From Mobula hypostoma (lineage: Eukaryota): 64,000 bases of DNA. How positions within the stretch are numbered: the stretch's first letter is position 1; every line of letters starts with the position of its first letter. The translations under genes and the position numbers were made by a program. This document shows, one piece after another, positions 50,261 to 63,900 of this stretch. The DNA is taken from positions 95,668,001 through 95,732,000 of the forward strand of contig NC_086107.1 of the NCBI RefSeq assembly GCF_963921235.1. Direction: 5' to 3'. The notes beneath the pieces are model-generated. The model did no database searches, was not told the origin of the DNA, and was given only the letters and a program-made list of their open reading frames with translations.

Positions 50261-52429
50261 CAGCAACTGAGTTCCACAGCTCGCTGGAAGTGGCCACACA
50301 GGCTAGAAAAGGTGTGCGGCAGGCTTGTCTTTACAGATCTGATTGATGAGTGCCAACACTGGCAAGCACGCTGCAGCTCTATAAAACTTTGGCTAGGTCG
50401 CCCTTGGAGTATTGTGTGCAGTCCTGGTCGGCCGATTACAGAAAGGATGTGGAGGCTGAGCGAAGGGTGCAGAAGAAGCTTACCAGGATGCCGCCTGGAT
50501 TGAGGCCATGTGCTATATGAAGAGTTTGGACAAACAGGGCTTGTTTTTTTTTTCTGGAGTGACAGCGACTGAAGGGACATGATAGAAGTTTATCATTTAA
50601 AATTCTGGGAGGCCCTTTTCTTCCGGTGTTGAAATGTCTACTACTTGAGGGCATGCATTTAGGGTGAGAGATGGTAAGTTCAAAGGAGATGTGACGGGTC
50701 AGGTTTTTTTACACAGACAGTAGTGGGTGTCAGGAAAGGCACTGCCAGGGTAGCAGTGGAGGACAATATGATAAATACATTTAAGAGGCTCATAGATAAA
50801 CACATGAATGTGCAGGGATTGGAAAGATATGGGCATTGTGTAGGTAAAGTTCAGTTAGGTCTTTAAGTATTAGTTTAATTAGATCAGTACAACATCATGG
50901 GCTGAAGGGACTGTTCCTATGATGTTATGTACTGTGAGAGAAGAAGGGAAGGACAGAGTGGGTGAGATAGGTAGGGAAGGTGAGAGGGCAAATAAAAGAT
51001 GGGGAGTAATGGGTGCCTAGTGGCGGTGGAAGCAAATATTACAGAGGCTGACAGTTTCCTTGCACATATACATGTTAAATGTAACGTGAATCAGCTCTCT
51101 GATACATGAATTCGTAGACCTTTGACGGATTAGGGATTTATTAAAGGAGGCATCTCATTGTTGTGCCTCACACCATCAGCACTGTGGAGTGAATGGCACT
51201 GTTTTGATGAAAGACTGGGATAACTTTTATTCCAGTTAGGATATTCCAGTCCTTTTTGTGGCAAAGCAATTTCAATCCTTTTTCAATTCCCTTTAAATTT
51301 GTTTTAGGTATTGTTCCCTGTGTTCAAGAGATGGTTTCTTGCAGATATATCCTCCTCCCATTGAAAATATGCTTTTATTTAGGATTGATTTTACCATAGA
51401 CTTTTACCTTTTTTTTCATTAAATGGGGACTAACAATTTCCGTAAGTTATCTGATTCGGATTTGAATCATCTTGTTGAGATGTGTTGGTTGAGTACTTGT
51501 GAGGTAATATCGCTGAACCACGTCAGATTCTAAATGGGGGGGGGAACAGGTGGATGGATGCGACAAAATTGTATCTTCTGGCTTCGGAGGGCAAAACTGT
51601 GAAGTTCTGAACTAGGGGCCTCGGAAGGTGAAATCTGGTCTCTGAGAGGAAGAGAAAGTCAGCTTTTCAGAGGGCTTTGGAGGTATCTTGTTGATGTTTG
51701 CTCAGCCGCTGGTCATTAGAGGCTGAGAGAGATGTGTAGGTAGAACACTAAGGACATCAGGCAGGGACCCATCTGACGTACAGGGTCAACCATAATGTTA
51801 TTACAGAGGTATACAGAATGAAAATAGATTCTCCAGCCCAAATTGCCTATTAGAACCAAGATGTCTCTCCAAGGTATTCCATTTGTCTGTGTTTGGCTGG
51901 GATCCCTTCAAACCTTTCTTACCCATGTACCTGTCCAAATGCCCTCGAAATGTTGTAATTTTATCCCCCTCTGCCACTTGTTCCATATACCCATCATGCT
52001 CTTTGTGAAAACCTGCCTCCTGGGTCTCCTTTACATCCTTCCCCTCCCACCTTAAACCAAGCCAGTCTCTCCATGTCACTTGAGCTTTCAGACCCAGTGG
52101 CACCCTTGTGAATCTTTTCTGTATCCTCTCTTAGCTAAATGACGCCCTTCCTATGTCTGGCTGCACAATATTCTGAATGAGGTCTCACTAACATCCTGTA
52201 CCGTTGCAACATGACATCCCAATGCCTACGTTCAGTGACCCGACTGATGAAGGCAAACCTGTCAAGCATCTCCATCAGCAGCCCATTTACCTGTGTCACC
52301 ACTCCAAAGGAACAATGTACCTTCCAGGAGAACCCCAAGACCTGCTGGTTGCATCAGACAGACAGAAATTCGCACGTACACAAAAGAATAGACACTCACA
52401 CACCATTTGGTCTCTCTATCACGAATAAG

Positions 52430-53120
52430 TTGAGGGAGGAAAAGATGGCGACGCGACGCAGCTCGCAGCGGCCACGCCAGTGGTGATGTCTGTTATTTGT
52501 CAAGGAGGGTACCATGCACAATCCTGATTTGATGGAGTCGGACGTGAGAGCACAGAGGAACATCCGGTGAAACTTCTGAAATGCCTGCTTCACTGCTGCT
52601 GCTACTGTGTGGTCCTGAATCTCCGGAGGGGAAGGCCCCGAGTCCTCGGCTTTACTTGTTGCTCGGCGGCTGGGGTGGAGTCGAAGCACTCGGCAGAGGA
52701 TGGCACTCGGAGAGGCTGTATCGGAGGGGCTGGTCGGAGGCTCGAAGTTTTCGGACGGACTCAGAGTCCGCTGCGGTCGGGTGCTTCCAATGGTGCTCCA
52801 TCGGCAAGTTGGCAGTGCTTAGAGGTTCATGGCGGGGAGAGTTTCTCCCTTCTGCCGCCTGCGTGAGATGATGAATCTATCGGGACTTTGAGACTTTTTT
52901 TTACCGTGCCCATGGTCTGCTCTTTATCAAATTACGATATTGCTTTGCACTGTTGTAACTATATGTTATAATTATATGGATTTGGAAGTTTTAGTCTTGG
53001 TTTGTCCTGTGTTTCTTGTGATATCATTCTGGAGGAACATTGTATCATTTTTTAATGCATGCATTTCTAAATGACAATAAACGAGGACTGAGTGTCCTCA
53101 TAATCTAATCTAATAATCTA
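52430..53120 (+). mobile_element. Young non-autonomous retroposon (AAGATGGCG head, (TAATC)n tail)
   Basis: Highly similar inverted copy at 57844-58508; CpG-rich body. Confidence 0.85.
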
Positions 53121-53849
53121 ATTTCTCATATTCTATATGAGGCGAGGCCTCCGTCGGTCAAAGTTGACCATGGACATTGCGTCCTAGCTATCTAGATACG
53201 CAAGCCTGCGCAGTACGGTACGGAGCTGTTGCCCATGTGGCAAGCTCCCCCTCTCCACGCATTTGATGAACTCAAAGGAACGGCAGAGACTGATACAGTT
53301 TGGTACCAGCAGTGTTGCAGGAGTTGCCAGTCAGCATTGAACTCAATGTAGGACTGCCTCAGGGACTCCAGCTCCGGATTTTTCCCTCAGAGTTCACTCC
53401 TGAAGCCTTCCCCATGAGTGGGTGTAGCCGCAAGGCAGCGGAGGTTTGAGGTCAGAGTTTTTCTTCTCCTAGATAAGCTGCCAACCACAGCTGATGAGCT
53501 CCATCTGCCTGAATCATTACTATAATGTAATATAAAGAGGCTGTTTGGCCCATTGAGTCTATGCTGGCTTTCGAACAATACTATCCCACACATTTCACTA
53601 TAACCTATTCTTTCCTTATCCACATACATACAGCAGCAGCTAATTAACCTGTCAAACTATGTGTCTAGTATGTGGGAGAACTGAGCATCCAATCGTGACC
53701 CATGAGGTCACAGGGAGAACGTGCAGACTCTACACAGACAGTACCAGAGTGCATTTTTTTCTGCACCATTGTTTGGACCTAACTGCTCACAATACTCCCA
53801 GTGCGATCTGACCAATACCTTATAAAGCCTCAGAATTACCTCCCTGCCC

Positions 53850-56800
53850 ATGGCATGCTCGCCTTCATTAGTCGAGACACTGAATTATAGAGTCAGGAAG
53901 TTATGTCACAACTTTATAAAACACTACGCTTGGGCCATATTTCGAGTATTGCATTCAGTTCCAGTCAACTCATTATAGGAAGGATGTGGAGGCTTTGGAG
54001 AGGGCGCAGGACAGGTTCACCAGGATGCTGCCTGGATTCGAGAGTACTTGCTATGAGGTGAGGTTGGACAAGCTGGGATAGTTTTCTCTGGACCAGCACA
54101 GCTGAGAGGCGATCTGGTAGAAGTTTTCACAAAAATATGTCACTATCTTTTTCCTAAGGTCAACATATCTAATACTGGAGGTCATCCATTTAAGGGAAGA
54201 GGGGTAACTTCAAAGTAGGTGTATAGGGCAAGTTTTGGATGACTGGAATGTGCTATCTGGGATGGTAGTGGAAATGGATAAAACATAGGTGTTTTAAAGG
54301 CTCTTAGATGGAAGTGCAGAGAAAGGAAGGATGTAGACATGGTGTAGCAGAAGGAATTAGTTTAATTAGGCACTTAATTACTAGTTTTAGCATAGTGGGC
54401 TGAAGGGCCTTTTTGCAGTCTGTACTATTCTATGTTCTGTGACCAGAACCTCCTGATGTAACCTACCATCTGCCAGTAGTCATGGTATTTGCATTCTCAT
54501 CCAACTCGTTCATATAGGCTACAAAGAGGCCAGCACCGATCACGGTGGCCGACGCTGGTCAGAGACCTCCAATCTGAAAACAACCTCCACTACCATTCTC
54601 TGTCAATCTTCACTAAACCAGTTTGGCTCTCTCCCCCTGGATTCCATGAGATCTAACCTTCTGGATGAGCCTACCACAAGTCCACATAGACAGCATCTAC
54701 CTCTCTGTGGAAGTCAGAAACAAAAAGAGAGCATTCGTTCTGTTGGGCGTATTCTACAGACCCCCAAAATCAACAGAGACACTGAGGAACAGATCGAATG
54801 GCAGATTCTGGAAAGTTGTAAAAATAACAGGGTAGTTGTCCTGGGATCTTTAACTCCAAATATTGATTGGCATCTCCTCAGTGTAAAAGGCCTGGATAGG
54901 GTGAAATTTGTCCAGCGTGTCCAGGAAGGATTCCTGACACAAAATGTGGACAGGCCAACTGGAGGTGGGGTACATTGGATCTGGTACTAAGGAATGAATA
55001 TGGTCAGGCATCAGATCTCCTGTTGGGTGAGCATTTTGGAGAGAGTGGCCACAATTCCCTGACCTCTACTATAACCTTGGAGAGGGTTAGGAGTAGACTG
55101 TATGGGAAAGTACTGTATTTAATAGGGGGAAGTGAATTATGACACGATTAGGCAGGAACTTGGGAACAAATGAACTTAGGGAAATACACAACAGAAATGT
55201 TGAGATTGTTTAAAGAACACTTGCTAGGGGTTCTGGATGGATGGGTGAAGGAACCACGGTTGACAAGAGATTTGTGGAACATCTAGTCAAGAGGAAGAAA
55301 GAAACTTACTTAGGGTTTAGGAAACAAGGATCACACCCTACTCTAGAGAGTTACAAGATAGCCAGAAAGAAGATAGATCCATAAAGAATGGACTTTGGGA
55401 AGCTAGAAGGCTGCATGAAAAGGACTGAGTAGGATTAAGGAAAACCCAAGACATTCTACATGTATGTGACGAACAGGAGGATGACTAGACCAATCAGGGA
55501 TTGAAGAGGAAATATGTGCCTTCAGTCAGAGGAGATTGGAGAGGTCCTTAAGAATACTTTATTTCATATCTGAAATACATCTTATGGAAATTTTTTTTGA
55601 TGATGAACTTCAATAAAAAAATAAATTACAAAAGAAAAAGAGTACTTTATTTCGGCATTCTTGATATTTCTGAAGGCAGGGTAAGTAGGCTGATATGCTA
55701 GAACCTATCAAGGTTAAGAAAGAGGATTTGCTAGAACTTTTGAAAAGCATTAGGGATAGATAAGTCCCTGGGATCGGACAATATATACAACAGGTTACTA
55801 CGGGAAGAGATTGCTATGCCTTTGGTGATGATTTTTAAGTTCTCACTCGCCACCTCTCTGGGCAGCTGTAGCAGGCGATGCCATGGCATGAGACGCTGGT
55901 CCACGCAACAACCCAAGACCACGCAGCTCCCCTGCCGCCGGACACTCCAATGGACAAATGAACTGCACTTGCAGTATTTTGTATTGCTCGTGCCCAACAG
56001 AGTCTTGCAATCATGGGAAAAATGTTTCAGACAAGCTTTTGCACCATTTGTTGGACGCGGAGAGACCGCTGCGACCAAGCAGAAGTTAAGATAGGCACAC
56101 GGATGGTAGAAAAATGGAGGGCTATGTAGGAGAGAAAGGTTAGATTGATCTTCGAGGAGGTTAAAAGCTCGGCACAACATCATGGCCCAAGGGCCCGTAG
56201 GGTGCTGTGATATTGTAAATTCTTTAACCCTAAGCAGATTCTGAATCAGGTTTATTGTCACTGACGTAAGACATCGTGAAATTTGTTGGCTTGTGGCAGC
56301 AGTACAATGCAGAGTTAAGGTTAACAAGTTACTACGAGTTACAGTGAAAGTAAATAGATGGTGTTGAAGATGAATAGTGAGGTGGTGTTAATAGTTTTGT
56401 GGGCTGTGCAGACAGGCCTCTCTATAAAGGGCAGAAGCTGCAGTAACAATAGTTTTCACTCCATCGGGACGAGGCTGTTGTTGATTCTGTGACAGTTGTT
56501 GTTAGGGGCAGTGCTTAACAACTTGTGACCGAGTGGAAGAGTTTCGTCTGATGAGCGACCTGATTGGTAGATGAAGAACCAGGTAAACAGCAAAATTATG
56601 TGAGCCAGTCATTCAGATTCATGTACAACCCCCATTCTGCAGCAAGCATGACCTGCCTCTTCCACTGCTGCAGCCTTCCAAGGGCAAACATGTGATGTGC
56701 ACCTTGGGAGGTCAAGTGAAAGGAGAACGTATACAGTTAATGGTAGACCACTTAATAGCACTGTGGCACAGAGGGGTCTTGGGGTCCCTGTCCATTGTTT

Positions 56801-57545
56801 ACTGCAAATACCAATAAAAGTGGATGAAGTGGTAATGAAGACCTCTGGCATGGTTGCCCTCATTGGTAGGGGTGTGGTGTAGAAGACCAAAGGAGTCATG
56901 TTGCATCTGTATAAAAACTAAACCAGACTGCACTTGGAGTATTGTGGACAGTTCTGGTCAGGAAGGATGTGGAGAAAGTGCAGGAGAGGTTTATTAGGAT
57001 TTTGGATGGATTGGGTGGGAGGCTGCTTGGATTCAGGAAAGGCTGGACAAATGGAGCAGCAGAGGGTGAAGGGAGACCCAACACAGGCACTTAAACCTCT
57101 GGGAGGCATAGGTAATGTTTTGTATTTAAAATATTTAAAATATTCTTCAGAACGTAGAAGGTTGAGGAGGGACTTGATAGAGGTATTCAAAATTATGAGA
57201 GGGATAGATAGAGTTGATGTGGATAGGCTTTTTCCATTGAGAGTGGGGAAGATTCAAACAAGAGGACATGAATTGAGAGTTAAAGGGCAAAAGTTTAGGG
57301 GTAACATGAGGGGGAACTTCTTTACTCAGAGGGTGGTGGCTGTGTGGAACGAGCTTCCAGCAGAAGCGGTTGGGGCAGGTTCGATGTTGTCATTTAAAGT
57401 TAAACTGGATAGATATATGGACAGGAAAGGTATGGGGGGTCATGGGCTGAGTGCAGGTCGGTGGGACTAGGTGAGAGTAAGAGTTCGGCACGGACTAGAA
57501 GGGCCGAGATGGCCTGTTTCTGTGCTGTAATTGTTATATGGTTAT
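53850..57545 (+). mobile_element. Cluster of CR1 fragments (RT C-termini, endonuclease region 54700-55850, young 3' end 57140-57545)
   Basis: NNRVVVLG..PNIDWHLL, VQEGFLTQNVDRPT, RRRLRRDLIEVFKIMRGIDRV and FFTQRVVAVWNELP motifs. Confidence 0.85.
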
Positions 57546-57843
57546 TTCAGTAGAATTTGAGTAATATCGTAAATATATTGTTTAAGTGTTCTTATTCATT
57601 TAAACAATTCAGTACTGTTTATATGAAAAATTGATGAATTGCATACATCATGACGCTATCATGTGATACACGCGTATAAAGTAAAAATGAAATACATAAT
57701 TTATTTTCTGATTCGCTTGTCTTCCTTTCAATTAGTTTAATGTTTTGAAGTTGTAAAGCATAACAGATAGGAAATCCAAATCGGAATCATGTTTATTGTC
57801 ACTGACATAGTCGTGGAATTTGTTGCTTTGTGGCAGCAGTATA

Positions 57844-58508
57844 TTAGATTAGATTATGAGGACACTCAGTCCTCGTTTATTGTCATTTAGAAATACATGC
57901 ATTAAAAAATGATACAACGTTCCTCCAGAATGATATCACAAGAAAACACAGGACAAACCAAGACTAAAACTGACAAAACCACATAATTATAACATATAGT
58001 TACAACAGTGCAAAGCAATACCGTAATTTGATAAAGAACAGACCATGGGCACGGTAAAAAAAAGTCTCAAGGTCCCGATAGACTCATCATCTCACGCAGA
58101 CGGTAGAAGGGAGGAACTCTCCCCGCCATGAACCTCCAAGCGCTGCGAACTTGCCGATGCAGCACCATTGGAAGCACCCGACCGCAGCCAACTCTGAGTC
58201 CGTCCAAAAACTTCGAGCCTCCGACCAGCCCCTCCGACACAGCCTCTCCGAGCACCATCCTCTGCTGAGCGCTTCGACCCTGCCCCGGCCGCCGAGCAAC
58301 AAGCAAAGCCGAGGACTCGGGGCCTTCTCCTCCGGAGATTCTGGACCACACAGTGGCAGCAGCAGCGAAGCAGGCATTTCAGAAGTTTCACCAGATGTTC
58401 CTCTGTGCTCTCAAATCAGGATTGTGCACGGCCCCCTACTTGACAAATAACAGACATCACCACCGGAGTGGCCGCTGCGAGCTGCGTCACGCCACCATCT
58501 TCTCCTCT
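57844..58508 (-). mobile_element. Second copy of the 52430-53120 retroposon
   Basis: Parallel translations (52567 vs 58092, 52581 vs 58087) are nearly identical. Confidence 0.85.
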
Positions 58509-58559
58509 CGCAATTTATTTTATTTATATTGTATATATTGCAAAACATAATCATAAAAG

Positions 58560-60175
58560 CTATAAATTATAATAAAAAAGTATATAATAAAAAATGACAT
58601 GAGTAGTGCAAAGAGTGTGGAAAAAATACTGAGGTAGTGCTCATGGATTCATTGTCTATTCAGAGATCTGATGGCCAAAGGCAAGAAGCTGTTCCTGAAA
58701 CACTGAGTGTATGTCTTCGGGCTCCTGTACCTCCTCCTTGACAGTAACATTGAGATGAGGGCATGCCCTGGGTGAGGGGGACCCTGAATGATGGATGCTG
58801 CCTTTTTGAGGCATTACTCCTTGAAGGTGTCCTGCATGCTGGGGAGGTCAGTGCCCTTGATGGAGGTGGCAGAGTTTACAACTTTCTGCAGCTTTTTTCC
58901 GATCCTGTGCAGTGGCCCCTCCGTACCAGATGGTGATGCAACCTGTTAGAATGCTCTCAATGGTACATCTGTAGAAATTTGTGAGTGCTTTTGGTGACAT
59001 ACCAATTCTCAAACACCTGATGAAATATAGCCCTCGTAATTGCGTCGATTGTTGGGTCCAGGATAGATCCTCAGAGATGTTGACACCTAGAAACTTGAAA
59101 TTGCTCATCTTTTCTACTTCTGATCCCTCAATGAGGACGGGTGTGTGTTCCCTTGACTTCCCGTTCCTGAAGTCCACAATCCATCCCTTGGTCTTTCTGA
59201 CATTGAGAGCAAGGTTGTTGCTGTGACACCACTCAACCGGTTGATCTGCTTCACTCTTGTAGTCCTTCTCATCACCATCTGCCAACAATATGTGTGTCAC
59301 CAGGAGGTTCCTAGATGGTATTTGAGCTGTGTCTAGCCACACGGTTGTGGGTGTGGAGAGAGTGGAGCAGTGGGCTAAGCACACGTCCTCACAGTGCACC
59401 AGTGTTAATTGTCAGCGAGGAGGAGACGGTATTTCCGATTCTCACAGGCTGTGGTCTCCCGGAAGTCAAGGATCCAGTTGCAGAGGAAGGTACAAGGGTC
59501 CAGGTTTTGGACCCAATGATTAGAACTTAGGATATGATTGGGTTGAATGCTGAGGCATTGTTAATAAACAGCTGCCTGACACAGGTATTACTATTGTCCA
59601 TGTGATCCAAGGTTGAGCGGAGAGCCAGTGAGATTGCATCTGCTGTAGACCTATTGTGGCAATAGACAAATTGCAGTGGGTCCAGGTTCTTGCTTAGACA
59701 GGAGTTGATTCTAGTCTCTCAAAGCATTTCATCTCGGTAGATGCGAGTGTCACTGGGTGATAGTTGTTGAGGTAGCTCAGCCTGCCCTGCTTGGCCACTG
59801 GTATGATTGTCGCCCTTTTGAAGCAGGTGGGAACCTCCGACTGCAGCAGTGAGAGACTGAAGATGCCCTTGAACACTCCTGCCAGTTGGTTGGCACAGGT
59901 TTTCAGAGCCCTGCCAGGTACACCATCAAGGCCTGATGCCTTGCAAAGGTTCACCCTCTTGAAAGATGTTCTGCCATTGGCCTCCGAGACAGAGGTCACG
60001 GGGTGACCAGATGCTGCAGGGATTCGCACAAGTGTAGTTTTATTCTCCCTTTCAAAGTGGGCATAAAAGGCATTGAGTTCATCTGGGAGTGAAGCATCAC
60101 AACCATTCATGATGTTAGGTTTCACTTTGTAGGAGTTAGTGGCTGGCAAACCTTGCCAGAGTTGACACACAGATT
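58560..60175 (-). mobile_element. Rex1/Babar-type LINE, degraded
   Basis: LPDELNAFYAHFE, LKTCANQLAGVF, FYRCTIESILTGCITIWYG. Confidence 0.9.
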
Positions 60176-60182
60176 CCATCTA

Positions 60183-60950
60183 CAGGTTTCTCCCGCCATC
60201 TGAAGGTAGAGCGTTCCTATGAAAGGGTTTGTAAGCCGAAATGTCGTAAAGCCAAGAAGCAATTACCATTTATTTATATGGGAAAATTTTGTGAGCGTTC
60301 GCAGACCCAAAAATAACCTACCAAATCATGCCAAATAACACATAAAAGCCAAAATAACGGTAACATATAGTAAAAGCAGGTATGATATGATAAGTACACA
60401 GCCTATATAAAGTAGAAATACTTCTCTACAATGGTTGCCTGTACAGATCTCCGTAGCGAAAATCTCACGCAAGCGCTCTCGGCAGAAAATCTCACGCAAG
60501 CGCTGTTGGCATAAACGTGCTCTCCAGTAACCTTTAAACTATGAAGCTACCAAATCTACCAAATGACATGTAAAAATACACAGCCTATATAAAGTAGAAA
60601 TAATGTATGTACAGTGTAGTATCACTTACCGGAATTGGGACAGCGCCGAGCACACTAATGACGTGTGTTAAACTGGGTCATCGCAGGCTGGGGTGGTGCA
60701 GTGGCCCCCACCCTCCGGGCCGCCAACCCGATACATTGCCATGAATAACGCGGCAGTAGCCAGGAGGCACACAGCCCATCTTTAAGAAAAAAGCCGAAAC
60801 AAACATGCTAATTAATTAGGTGCTGCCCAGCATGTAATTGTCGGCCCAGATCAGTGCCGATTGCCGATTGCGTCGCCTCTGATCTGGGCCGACAATTACG
60901 TGCTAGGCAGCACCTAATTAATTAGCATGTTTATTTCTGCTTTTTTCTAC
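60183..60950 (+). mobile_element. Tigger/pogo-like non-autonomous DNA element (left part) with an internal palindrome
   Basis: Starts TA|CAGGT; 60203-60420 is homologous to 7071-7290; 70-bp inverted repeat at 60785-60948. The family call is inference. Confidence 0.6.
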
Positions 60951-63900
60951 GGGCTGGCAACCCAATCTGTGTCCTCTGAGGGGAGGACCCCCACAAGAGC
61001 TACAAAGAATCTAAGGAAAAGATACCCTCGGGGTGCCCGAGAGTGGGGGAGGATGAGTACCCCAGTCCGATGGACACAACAACATCAGACCCAGGCAATG
61101 AACAAATGACGATGAGGAAGCAGTGAGCATGTGGCAAAATCTGCAAGAACGATCGTGGCTTGAAGATCGACCAAGCGAGGATGAAGTGTTTGGCGGGAGC
61201 AGGAGCAGCACAACGCGCAGGTAACCAACCTGGTGAGACAAAGGAGGGGCCAGGCCCGGAGTCACCCCATAGTGCCCGGAACCTCCAAGTGTTGCAAACT
61301 AATCCCTCGAACATGAAGTCTAACAGGAGGCGGATCAAATGGCCTGCAGCTAACATGACTTCACTGTGGAAGCAGTTTGATGAAGATGTTAACCAAATTC
61401 TGGAGGCAACGGCGAGGGGAGGGGTTGATAGGAAGCTGCAAGCCATGACAACAATTATTGTCAGTATCGCAGCTGAACGGTCCAGAGAAGAGGAGAAGGA
61501 AGGCTCCAAAACATCTTACTCGAAGAACCAAAGAGCATTGAGGATCCACAACATCAGGCAGGAGATGAAAGCGCTGAAGTCCCAATACAAGGAGGCAGGA
61601 GAAGAGGAGCGCATTGGCTTGGCCCAGCTGATGTGCACACTACGAAAGAAGATCAGGGTCCTCCGCCGGGCAGAGTGGCATCGGAGGCGGCGTCGTGAAA
61701 GGGCCCGAAAACGCGCTGCCTTTATCGCCAACCCCTTCAAGTTCACCAAGGAGTTGCTGGGGGAGAAGCGCAGTGGGAAACTGGCCTGTTCGCAGGAAGA
61801 CGTAGGCCAACATCTGAAGAAGATATATAATGATCCCGAAAGAGAGCAGGAGTTGAGAGAGTGCGACATCCTAATAGACCCACCTGAACCGGACATGTCA
61901 GAGCTGCAACTAAAGGAAGTCAGAGAGGTCGTCCGCAAAGCAAGGGCAAGCTCGGCTCCAGGACCAAGCAACACCTCGTACAAAGTGTACAAGAACTGCC
62001 CCAAATTCCTGCTGCGTCTGTGGAAGATCCTGAGAATCTTCTGGAGAAGGGGGAAGATCCCAGAACAGTGGAGAGTGGCTGAAAGGGTGTGGATCCCGAA
62101 GGAGGGAAAATGCCACCCAGATAGATCAGTTCCGCATCATCTCCCTGCTGTGTGTCGAGGGGAAGATCTTCTTCAGTGCAGTTTCTAACCGGCTGTGCAC
62201 CTACCTAGCAAAGAACACCTATATTGATACATCAGTCCAGAAGGGTGGCATTTCAGGGATGCCGGGCTGTCTGGAGCACATCGGTGTGGTGACACAGCTC
62301 ATCAGGGAGGCCAGAGAGAACAAGGGCAACCTGTCAGTGTTGTGGCTCGACCTGGCAAATGCATACGGCTCCATTCCGCACAAGCTGGTGCAGCTCACAC
62401 TGACCAAATATCACGTCCCCAGCAGAATCAGAGACCTTATCGCCGATTATTACAGCAACTTCAGGATGAGGGTCTCTTCAGGAGCAATTACATCAACCTG
62501 GCACAAGGTGGAGATCGGTATCATCACAGGGTGCACTATCTCAGTGACACTGTTCTCCCTCACCATGAACATGCTCACTAAGTCTGCTGAGCCAGAGTGC
62601 AGAGCGCACAGAATGAATTCCGCTCAATGGCAACCACCTATCAGGGCATTCATGGATGACCTCACAGTCACCACAGAATCAGTCCCAGGCTGCCGGAGGA
62701 TTCTGCAAGGGCTCGAAAAGCTGGTGGAGTGGGCCCGGATGCGTTTCAAACCTGCCAAATCAAGATTGATGTTGCTGAGGAAAGGGAAGGTGGAGAACAA
62801 GTTCCGGTTCAGCATCGCAGGCACAGCCATCCCAACCATCACAGAAAAGCCAGTCAAGAGCTTAGGCAAAGTTTTTGACAGCTCTTTAAGGGACACAACA
62901 TCCATCCAGGCAACCTGCACCGAGTTGGATGGCTGGCTGAAATCTGTGGACAAGTCGGGCCTACCTGGGAAGTTTAAAGCCTGGGTGTATCAGCATGGCA
63001 TTCTTCCCAGAATCCTGTGGCCCCTCCTCATCTATGCAGTTCCGATCTCGACAGTCGAAACCTTAGAGAGGAGGGTTAGCAACCACCTCAGGAGATGGCT
63101 GGGGCTGCCAAAGAGCCTGAGCAGCATCGCACTCTATGGACACCACAACAAACTGCAACTGCCCTTCAAATCCTTGGAGGAAGAATTCAAGGTAACAAGA
63201 GCCAGAGAAGTGCTACAGTATAGGGACTCAAGTGACCCGAAGGTGGCTAGAGCAGGGATCCAAGTAAGTACTGGCAGGAAGTGGAGGGCAGAGGAAGCTG
63301 TTCAGGAGGCAGAGGCGAGGCTGCGTCACAAGAGGCTGGTGGGAGTGGTCACACAAGGCCGAGCTGGGCTAGGATCCTTTCCAACTCCCGAAATGGACAC
63401 CAGAGGGAAGGAAAGGCGTCGTCTAGTTCAGGAAGTGGTGAAAGCAGTAGTGGAGGAGATAAGAACCTGCAAGGCGGTGGGAATGAAGCAACAGGGAGCT
63501 TGGACAAGATGGGAGAATGTGGTTGAGAGGAAAGTGACCTGGGCTGATTTTTGGAAAGCTGAACCACACCGCATCCAATTTCTCATCCAGGCAGTGTACG
63601 ATGCACTTCCAAGCCCATCAAACCTGCACACATGGGGCAAGGCGGAGTCATCTGCGTGCCCACTGTGCTCCAAGCGAGGAACCCTGGAGCACATCCTCAG
63701 CGGCTGTGCAAGGGCACTTGGTGAGGGACGGTACCGATGGAGGCATGATCAGGTCCTGAAGACCATCGCTGAAGCCGGAGTTGAGTGGGCGAAGCGGTCC
63801 CGACCCTCCAAGCAGACCATTGCCTTTATCAGAGCTGGGGAGCAGCCAATGCCTGCCAAAAGAACATCTGCAGGCACCCTGACCTCTGCAAGGGACTGGC

